NCBI RefSeq assembly: GCF_000281045.1
Contig: NW_008246116.1
Location: forward strand, 411,811-431,810
Origin: Saprolegnia diclina VS20
Taxonomy: Eukaryota
Direction: 5' to 3'
Length of the DNA: 20,000 nt
A model generated the notes under the pieces. That model was given only the letters and a program-made list of their open reading frames with translations. It did no database searches and was not told where the DNA came from. This document shows positions 1 through 7,619 of this stretch, piece after piece. Each line of letters opens with the position of its first letter. Within the stretch, counting starts at the first letter, position 1. The translations under genes and the position numbers were made by a program.

Positions 1-2
1 GC

Positions 3-2789
3 GTCGCGCTGCCGCCACGAACGCTTGGCTACGGCACGCACGACGACCTCCCGACGCTCGCCAGTGTGTGCAAGGCGCACCGGCTTGCACCGCTCGTGTC
101 GGCGGTCGATCGCGCGGCGGTGGCCTTGAACCAGCAGCTTACCGCTCTTGAACCAGTGCTGCAGCCGGCGCTACACTGGTTTGAGAGCGTACGAGACACG
201 GTTTGCGGCCCGTCGCGCGGCCATACGATCATGGACGAGTGGCACGCGTACGGCATGAACCTTATCGCAGCCGTGAGCAAGGCCGACCCGCTCGCGCACC
301 TCGCACTGCACAGGGCCATGTCGCTGCCCTCGCTCCTCGAGGACATGGCGCTGGCGCAGCCGCTGCAGTACATGTTCCGTCTCGTCAAGCTACCCGATGG
401 ACGCCTTCTGGACGACGACGAGCCGGCGCTCGCTGCACGGACCAGCCAGATTCTGCCGCGCCTCAAGTCGCTCAAGCTCTCGAACGCGGAAGCCCACAAG
501 ACGATCAAAGCGGCGATTGCTCAGTGGGGCTTGGACCAGCTCTCGGCGCCGCGGTCGTGGCGCCACCTCCGTACGTTCATCTACGAGGCGGCGTTCCTGT
601 TCGATCTCGCGGAAAAAGGGGCGGTGAAGCGCGACGCGATTGCGTGCTGGTGGCTCCTCCCGCCAGAGGGCTGGATGCGGTTTTACACGGGCAAGTGGCG
701 CCTCGTGTTTCGACCGGCCGACTTGATGCATCGACGCCTCAAGGACGTGCTCTTGCCACTGTACCATCCACTGCACCCGCTCCGACGCTCGTCAATGTCG
801 GCGCTCTGCGCGCCACTGCGTGCCGAGCTCGACCGCCTCGACGCTGAACTGGCGACGGTGCCCCGCGCCGAGTGGTCGGGATGGCTCGATGCTCTTGGCT
901 GGCACCCGAACAGTCGCGACGACGGAGCGTTCTGGGAGGCGCCGCTGTATCACTACCACGGCGCTGTCCTGTCGGTGTGGTGGCTGCCCGGGATGCACCA
1001 GCTACGCGCCTTGTGCTGCCAATTCGCGACGCTCGAGACGACGTGGTCGGACCCGTCGGCGGCGTACGGGATCGAGCACAAGTGGGTGACGTGTCTTCTC
1101 ACGATGAGTCGTCTCGTGAGTGCCAATGCCCATGAAGACGCGCTGCAGTCGGTCCTCGACGCGGCCGCGGCGTCCGTCTTGGACCTGGCGTACGGGGCCA
1201 TGCGCTCGGTTCTCGAAGACACGATCGCGAGCGAGTGGAAGCTGCGCGTCGACCATGGACTGGACCGCACGTGGGTCGAGGCCCTTGTACGACCGATGGC
1301 CCGCGGTTCGTTGACGGTCGACGCACTGCTGGACGCGGTCGAGCTGCGCCCGATGCTCGACATCCTCCACGACCGATGGCACTATCTCTGGGACCGCGAA
1401 GTGTCGGCGTACCGCACCGCGTTGGTCCTGCACACGCGCCAGCTTGAGGCGCAACGGGCGACGCTGAGCTCGTGGGTGCAACCCGACCACGAGCAGTCGC
1501 GCGCGTCCCTCTTGCAAACGCTGACCGAGACGGAAGCGATGGTCACCGAGCTCCTCGTGCGACGCGACGCACTCGAGGCAGCGCTCAACGACGCGCAACC
1601 GGTCTTGGACGATGCGGTCAGCCGCCGTCCGACGCTTCAAGCGCCACTGCAGTCGACGCGCACGGAGCTGCGATCGCTCGTGGCGCAGGCCGACGACATT
1701 TACCTCGTGATCGAGTGGGCCAAGTACTTGGACAGCGCGTTTCGCGAGAGCGACAGTGACCGCGTGCGTGAGCTCGACGACGAAGGCCTCGCGGTGGTCA
1801 CCGAGTACATGGCGCTGGAGGCGGCGTCCGCGGCGCAACGAGCAGCGACCCGCGACCACGAGGAACGCAGCGCCGCGCTCGACCGAATGCGCAAGGACGC
1901 GTCCGACCGTCTGCGCCGTCTCCACTTGGCCCATGCCAAGGCCCACACCGAGATGGACAAGCTTTTGCATCAAACACTGCCGTCGCTGGCGCCGCTGCTC
2001 GAGCAGCTCCAGCAGTCGTGGTTGCCAGAGGCGTTCAACGCGCTCTCGACCAACCCGAGTCATGTGCTCTGGGAAAACGAGCGGCTCGTGCGACTTCTCA
2101 GTAAGAGCGTCAAGCACGGCGTCCTCCCTGAGCTGCAGACGAAGCTCAAGGCGTTTGAAGGCGCGTGTCGCCAGCTGCATGGCATCCTCTCGGCGCTCGA
2201 GGCACCGATGAATGCACTCACGTCGCTGCCTCTGGACGCCGCCTTTGGCCGGAAGAAGACGCTGGCCAACATCGTGAGCGGCGGCGCAGCGGTCGAACCG
2301 TCGATCGATGCGCGGACGCAGCTCGTGACGGCGCTGTGTCACGTCGTGCACACGTGTCGGGACGACGACACGGCGGGTACCATCGTCGCACGGACCATCA
2401 GCGTCATGGGCGGCTTCTTTGACATTGCCCACCACGCGCTCGACCTCTCGAAACAAGACGAGCACGAGTGGTCGGACGACGGCAGTGACAGTGACAGTGA
2501 CAATGACGCTAGTGACGAAGACGACAGTGGCAGCGACAATGACAGCTGTGCCAAGGCGTCCGACGACAATGACGACGATGAGAACGCCAGCAACGACATT
2601 GTTCGCGTTCAGGAACGCAATCGGTACGGACTCCATGTCCTCCAGCGCGTCAAGGAGAAGCTCGATGGCTACACGGTCCCGAACGCGCCGCCGCTGGCGT
2701 GCCCCGCGCACGTCGAGTACCTCCTCTCGCAAGCCACGAGCGTCGACAACCTCTGCGTCATGTACGAAGGCTGGACACCATGGATCTAA
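3..2789 (+). CDS. SMG1: Serine/threonine PIKK kinase SMG1-like, 3' portion (long post-kinase insertion plus FATC); 5'-partial
   Basis: The frame of ORF 66..2789 is open back to position 3 (VALPPRTLGYG...). The C-terminus VQERNRYGLHVLQRVKEKLDG...VEYLLSQATSVDNLCVMYEGWTPWI* matches the SMG1-type pre-FATC/FATC pattern (QERN...KRVKAKLEG...ATxxDNLAQLYEGWTAWV). About 900 aa of helical, non-kinase sequence precedes the FATC, which fits the SMG1-specific insertion. The kinase domain would lie upstream of the window. Confidence 0.88.
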   Translation, partial: VALPPRTLGYGTHDDLPTLASVCKAHRLAPLVSAVDRAAVALNQQLTALEPVLQPALHWFESVRDTVCGPSRGHTIMDEWHAYGMNLIAAVSKADPLAHLALHRAMSLPSLLEDMALAQPLQYMFRLVKLPDGRLLDDDEPALAARTSQILPRLKSLKLSNAEAHKTIKAAIAQWGLDQLSAPRSWRHLRTFIYEAAFLFDLAEKGAVKRDAIACWWLLPPEGWMRFYTGKWRLVFRPADLMHRRLKDVLLPLYHPLHPLRRSSMSALCAPLRAELDRLDAELATVPRAEWSGWLDALGWHPNSRDDGAFWEAPLYHYHGAVLSVWWLPGMHQLRALCCQFATLETTWSDPSAAYGIEHKWVTCLLTMSRLVSANAHEDALQSVLDAAAASVLDLAYGAMRSVLEDTIASEWKLRVDHGLDRTWVEALVRPMARGSLTVDALLDAVELRPMLDILHDRWHYLWDREVSAYRTALVLHTRQLEAQRATLSSWVQPDHEQSRASLLQTLTETEAMVTELLVRRDALEAALNDAQPVLDDAVSRRPTLQAPLQSTRTELRSLVAQADDIYLVIEWAKYLDSAFRESDSDRVRELDDEGLAVVTEYMALEAASAAQRAATRDHEERSAALDRMRKDASDRLRRLHLAHAKAHTEMDKLLHQTLPSLAPLLEQLQQSWLPEAFNALSTNPSHVLWENERLVRLLSKSVKHGVLPELQTKLKAFEGACRQLHGILSALEAPMNALTSLPLDAAFGRKKTLANIVSGGAAVEPSIDARTQLVTALCHVVHTCRDDDTAGTIVARTISVMGGFFDIAHHALDLSKQDEHEWSDDGSDSDSDNDASDEDDSGSDNDSCAKASDDNDDDENASNDIVRVQERNRYGLHVLQRVKEKLDGYTVPNAPPLACPAHVEYLLSQATSVDNLCVMYEGWTPWI
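2481..2600 (+). repeat. Low-complexity (AGTGAC)n/GAC-rich tract encoding an acidic D/S linker in SMG1
   Basis: ggcAGTGACAGTGACAGTGACAATGAC... encodes GSDSDSDNDASDEDDSGSDNDS...DDNDDDENASND, just before the FATC region. Confidence 0.75.
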
Positions 2790-2840
2790 CTAGTGGCGCC
2801 ACGACGATCATTGTTATCAACGCGCCGTACGAACGACGTC

Positions 2841-3634
2841 TCAGTGGTGGCCGTGCGACTGCACGGGCACAGCGACGGGCAGCGCTTCCTGGTGGTACCC
2901 GAGCACGTGCGCGGTCTGGAGCTGGTAGTTGTTGACTTGCGCGCGCTACGCCATCGTCGATAAGAGACCATAGAGACAATGTGTGCATTGGCGTACATCG
3001 AGGACGTGTTTGGTCGGGCCAAAGTTGCACGTCTTGTGCAACAGCGTCATGTAGCGCTGGACGTCGGCGACAACATCGGCGGCCGTCGCGGCGCCGGGCG
3101 TGAGCTCGACGAGCGGGATGAGCAGCACGGGGTGGAAGAAGCGGATGCCAAGGAGGTTGCTCGGGCGCGCCATGCCCGAGGCAATGTCGTTTACGCTCAG
3201 ATTCATGGTCGACGTGCCATAGATCGTCGTCGCCGGGCAGAGCCGCTCGAGCGTCCGGAAGAGGTCGCGCTTGAGCCCCAGCGTGTCGGGAATCGACTCG
3301 ATCACGAGCGACGGCCGCGCGGCTGCCACCTCTTCGAGCGTCGTCGCGGTCTGGATGTTGCTCACGGCGCGGCCCACCATGTCCTGCGGGATGTAGCCGA
3401 GGCGCCAGAGCGGCTGCAGCATCGCGTAGCTCGCCGACTTGAGAATGTCGCGCGAGATGCTGTCGGGGTTCCGGTCAAAGAGCACGACGCGGTGGCCCGA
3501 CATGGAGAGCTCAAAGGCGATGCAGCTAGAGACAGAGCGTGAGACGACGCATGGCGTAAGGAGGCCTACCGCCCGAGCGTGCCGGCGCCAATGACGGCGA
3601 CGACGCTGTTGCCAGTGAGCGGAGCACGGGCCAT
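2841..3634 (-). CDS. 3-hydroxyacyl-CoA dehydrogenase family protein, NAD-binding domain only (~232 aa). Exons 3634-3570, 3525-2997, 2945-2841
   Basis: The spliced product is MARAPLTGNSVVAVIGAGTLGRCIAFELSMSGHRVVLFD...LVIESIPDTLGLKRDLFRTLERLCPATTIYGTSTMNL...GIRFFHPVLLIPLVELTPGAAT...HVLDRAQVNNYQ...HGHH*. It has the Rossmann GxGxxG and the family motifs ExxPExxxLK and LVE. Introns are 3569-3526 (44 nt, GT..TAG) and 2996-2946 (51 nt, GT..TAG). Total CDS is 699 nt, divisible by 3. Confidence 0.85.
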
Positions 3635-3979
3635 GAAGACGATTGTAGTCGAGTTGCGGCTGGCTTGCCCTTCTCGCACATGTCGCAGCGGCCGAAATTC
3701 CGAAATTCACTAGGTCCTAGGTAGGACAAATCCGAATTCAGTGCGTTTCGGATGGCGCGCCGGATTGTATCCGGACATTCGTATCCGGACTAGATGGACG
3801 GCGAGCGGCGCGCCGAGCATGGCAAATCGACCTTCGACATTTTTCATGGAGACTCATATTTCGTTCGATATGTATAGAGTACGATGCAGGGAGTCCAAAA
3901 ACCAAAGAATGGTGCTCGTAGCGTTCCTACAGCGTGCGCTATCTGCCGAGCAAGTTGGTGAGAACTGCTACTGAATGTA

Positions 3980-4000
3980 GTATCAATGTATCAATGTATC
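3980..4000. repeat. Short 8-bp tandem repeat (GTATCAAT x2.6)
   Basis: gtatcaat gtatcaat gtatc, read directly from the sequence. Confidence 0.7.
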
Positions 4001-4744
4001 AGCAGATCAAAGTAGATCCCGATGCGCTGCTGCATCGTGGGCACTGTTGGTGTTCTTGAAGGTGTTGCACACCAGCTCAAATGATGTCAAGTGACAGAAA
4101 ATAATGTCTCCGTCGGAGGTCACTAGACCTCTAGCTCATAGATCGACTATTCATACATACACGTAGCGCGAGGGCGGGTTCAGCCAGACACGCTGACTGC
4201 TGGAGTTTCGTATTGCCGTGCGTGGATTGGCTCCAAACGGCCAATCCGTGCACCGACACGTGGCGTCGCCTCGAGCGTTGGTTTGAGCTGCCAGGTCGTC
4301 ACGCCCATTTTTTGTTGTCGACATGATGATGACGAGCATCGATCAATGGTATATATAAGTAAATGTGCATTTGGTTGTAGATATTTCCATCTGAAGAACA
4401 AGCACAACATCGTAAATGAGCAACTAGTTACCATGTTTCGTCGATTGGGTCTACGAGTTTGGCCGAAAGGACTTGGTTTCCGCAGCACTCCGAGAACAAA
4501 CGCATTCGACGTTGGCTTTTTCAACGTTAAACAGACAGAAATGACCAACAAAAAGGAGGATAAAGATTACCTTTTTTGCTCGAGGGTTCCTACGTCGCAA
4601 CGAGCAGCGTGGACTCGACCGAGTCGCATGATACGTGGACAAGACTATTGTATTGGACTAATAGACTAGTAGGTAGAGTACTCGTTTGGCTCCTGCGATC
4701 GGACGAGTTGAAATTGACAATGGAAAGGTTGGGCGTAGCGCTGC

Positions 4745-6397
4745 TTACAAAGCGCACTCGAACCACTTGACGGGCTTGCGGTCCGCGCCCCACCAGCCGT
4801 CGCCGTTCAGAAACGACGAGTCGTAGTGGTTGATACTCGGCTCATAGTGCAGCGCGGTCGCCGCGTCGGTGCCAAACTTGGTCTTGTCGAATCCTTGCGA
4901 GCAGCTGGAAAAGTCAACAAACCCGTCGTACGTCGGGTCGTCGTGGTGCGAGATCTTGCCGACAAGGAGCACTTCGAGGCTCTTGCCCGACGTGATACCA
5001 AACGCGTTTGTACCGCAGAGAAGCCGGTCTGCGTACTTCGCTCGCACCGCCTGTGCCGCCGCAAACTGGGCCTGCATCTCGGCCGAGACCGTCGATTGGT
5101 GCCGGATCGAGAGGTATCCTTCGGTGGTCGGGCAGCGGCCGGCCTTGGTGAGAATCCACTTGAGCGAGCCGCCCGCACACTGGTTTTCGATTTCATTGGA
5201 CGTTTTGCTGCCTTGCATGGGCGCGGCGAGCGAGACCCACGTCACGTCCTTTCCGAAGTTGCACTTGTTGTTGTGGACGGCCGCGCCGGCAATGAGATTG
5301 CCCATCGAGTACGTGACGAGGAGGAGACTGTTGATCTCCTTCGAGCCGCTGTTGGAGACCACTTTGGCCGCGTCGCAGAACTCTTCTTGCAGCGTCTCGT
5401 TGGTCCAGCTCCGCGTGTTGGTATCGAAATGCGCAAACTTGATGCTCGAGCAGCACGGCGCGTGCTCCTCGATCGAGCCCCAGTTGCCCGCATACGCATC
5501 GGCCAGCGGCGCGCTCGCCCGCTCACCGACACCGTGTACAAAGAGGCACGGCTTGGGCGTCGACTTGCAAGCGCACGACGACTTGGAAACGGTGGCGACG
5601 CGCGGCGCGCCGAAGAGCGCCGACGACACAGCCGCCGACGTCTGCAGCAAGGTGGCAGCCGGCGCTGGCTGCGACGGCCCGACGACCACCGGGCACGAAA
5701 GGCCCGCGGGAATGTCCATCGACGGCACGCTCGAGGTATTATCAAGGTACTCGACGGCGATGTCGAGGTCGGGCGACGACGCGCGCGTGAGCTTGTTGTT
5801 CTTCGAGTTACAAAACACAAACGCCTCGCCGGCAAACGTCAAGTGCAGGAGCTTGCCGTCCGGACAGTCGGACGCCGAAATGACGTCGCCGGTCGTTGCG
5901 TCGACGACGCTGGCGGTCGAGAGACTCGACTCGAGGAGCTCGATCGGCGGCAGCTGCGACGCGTCGAGGCACCCGGCGTCCACGACCACGTCGTTGTGCA
6001 GCAGCGAGTAGTAGGCGCGGTTGTCGCGGACCAGGTAGGTTTGCGTCACGTCCGGGCCCACTTGGGACAAGATAGCGTCAAACGCAAAGGACGACGACGC
6101 ACGGGGCACGACATAAATCTGCGCAGACGTCTTGCCGTTGAACGCCATGCTCGCGCGCTTGGCCGTGAGCGTGAGCCGGATCGCCGGCGACTGCTGCAAG
6201 TTGGTCACAATGTCGCCGGCATTCGTCGACACCTTGGTGCGGAAGACGTAAATGGATGCACCGACCGCCGCCATGACGACACCGCAGAAGAGGAGCGCGC
6301 CGACCACGAGCTTGAAGCGTCGCGGCGACCGCGGCTTGGGCGCTTCGTCACGCGGGGTCTCGACAGCGTAGGCACCCATCGCGACTGGCGACGACAT
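4745..6397 (-). CDS. Single-exon, N-terminally membrane-anchored alpha/beta-hydrolase-fold (lipase-like) protein of an oomycete-type family (~550 aa)
   Basis: The likely start is MSSPVAMGAY (ATG at 6397); the ORF-track start at 6502 lies upstream of a promoter-like element. A TM segment FKLVVGALLFCGVVMAAVGASIYVF follows a basic RSPRR. The C-terminal domain has CLFVHGVG (oxyanion-like), VTYSMGNL (nucleophile elbow), SLAAPMQGS, YDGFVD and INHYD, a plausible Ser-Asp-His triad. It is Cys-rich and ends in KPVKWFECAL*. Confidence 0.8.
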   Translation of the reverse strand: MSSPVAMGAYAVETPRDEAPKPRSPRRFKLVVGALLFCGVVMAAVGASIYVFRTKVSTNAGDIVTNLQQSPAIRLTLTAKRASMAFNGKTSAQIYVVPRASSSFAFDAILSQVGPDVTQTYLVRDNRAYYSLLHNDVVVDAGCLDASQLPPIELLESSLSTASVVDATTGDVISASDCPDGKLLHLTFAGEAFVFCNSKNNKLTRASSPDLDIAVEYLDNTSSVPSMDIPAGLSCPVVVGPSQPAPAATLLQTSAAVSSALFGAPRVATVSKSSCACKSTPKPCLFVHGVGERASAPLADAYAGNWGSIEEHAPCCSSIKFAHFDTNTRSWTNETLQEEFCDAAKVVSNSGSKEINSLLLVTYSMGNLIAGAAVHNNKCNFGKDVTWVSLAAPMQGSKTSNEIENQCAGGSLKWILTKAGRCPTTEGYLSIRHQSTVSAEMQAQFAAAQAVRAKYADRLLCGTNAFGITSGKSLEVLLVGKISHHDDPTYDGFVDFSSCSQGFDKTKFGTDAATALHYEPSINHYDSSFLNGDGWWGADRKPVKWFECAL

Positions 6398-6419
6398 AAT
6401 GGAATGGGCAAGAAGATGC

Positions 6420-6435
6420 CAAAGGCAGAATGAGG
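6420..6435 (-). promoter_or_regulatory. Candidate oomycete Inr/FPR core promoter of the hydrolase gene
   Basis: Minus strand CCTCATTCTGCCTTTG matches the oomycete consensus GCTCATTYBNNNWTTY at 14 of 16 positions. It lies 22 nt upstream of the ATG at 6397. Confidence 0.5.
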
Positions 6436-7619
6436 CAGTCGACTGATTCGCTCGGATGATGGAGGCCATTGAAGCCCAACAGATGGTGGACGCAATACAC
6501 ATGTTGTGTTGAGTCTGCCCGATGTAACGGTTGATGGGCGTGGCCTTTCTCGAGTCTCTTTCTCGTCGGTCGGATGAGTCTCAGTGTACGGCCACGGCCA
6601 TGCAGTAGCGTGCGGGCTTGTATGGCGACACGCTGCGAATTTGATTGACTTCACATGGATGCTTGCGATGCTTGTGCAATGTCATCTTTCAAAATTAGGT
6701 TCAAAAGACGGCAGCCCTAGTGTAGCGATCAGTATAGCGATCGTCCAGCATGCAGATCAGGAGCAATGGTTGTGTGATTGCACCTGCGTTTGACACGCGC
6801 TTTGAGCCAAAGGGAGCGGTCGATGACCATCGCGTCCGTGGCCGTCACGCTGGGATGCTAAAGACGCCGCTCGTCGAACCATCGATCGAGTGTGCAACGC
6901 GCTGCATCCAGGAACCGGTCCCACGTCCTCAGGTCCCAGCTGTTGATGACTCTAATTTCTACCGCGCGTCGTGTGTGGTACGATCGAGATATGACCCTCA
7001 CCGTCCGAGTGCGCCTTGGTCGTTTTCGTAGCGCTTGCCCCAGTCTTATGTGTTAAAACCGGATATGCTACTCGTATCAAGTTGACATTGATGTTTGGTA
7101 TCGACCACGCTACGCTTCAGGGTACAGGGTGCAGGTACCTGCCGCCGCTGACTTGCGTCAGGATAGACCTCGGAGAGTTACAACACTGGATAGCTGAAGA
7201 AAGAACGGATACATTCCAGACACTGGGTGTGTTGCCATCTCCAAACTGCGAGGTCCTGTCGACCAATACTGATCGTCCAAAGCGCGTGAGTCACGGACCC
7301 CGAACGTCAAGTCTACGTCGAGGTCAAGCCCAAGCAAACTCGGAGCGGCCGAGGGCTCTCGTCGCGCATGCACGCGGAGCTGGACAACTAGCCAGCGTGC
7401 ATACCTTTTGACGTGCATACGCTACAGCGTATCCTCTTCTTCTTGTCTTCTGCGGGCCAAAGCACGTTCGCCAATGAACTGCCTTGGTTATGATGGAACG
7501 CACTTTACAGCGGTTGGGTAAGAACAGCGGTTCAATAGCCGAATTGGGAATCGAATATATATGTATATTTACGCTCAAGCCTACTCTACTACGAAACGCA
7601 AGGTCCTGGTCCACTCTCC

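Noticed and set aside
1002..2732. 576-aa minus-strand ORF, and similar long antisense ORFs (4826..6433, 4869..6011, 7755..8606, 11780..12685, 15626..16771)
   Set aside because: They are antisense shadows of real genes caused by high-GC3 codon bias. They are low-information translations with no recognisable motifs.
3635..3710. ORF-track start (2946..3710) for the dehydrogenase-like gene
   Set aside because: That frame reads through intron 1 and lacks the GxGxxG motif. The real first exon is in another frame, starting at ATG 3634.
4018..4248. Small inverted repeats (CCCGATGC...GCATCGTGGG; GGATTGG...CCAATCC)
   Set aside because: The stems are only 7-8 bp, as expected by chance, and there is no target-site duplication or MITE-like structure.
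6820..7031. Peptide RHAGMLKT...CATRC...PSAPWS faintly resembles a Ty3/gypsy integrase HHCC zinc-binding region
   Set aside because: Motif spacing is wrong, and there is no DDE core, reverse transcriptase or LTR nearby. A tblastn/HMM search against a TE library would be needed.
7385..7495. Minus-strand KRIRCSVCTSKGMH, a zinc-knuckle-like fragment
   Set aside because: It is a short frame ending in a stop, with no start or splice support, and is likely chance.
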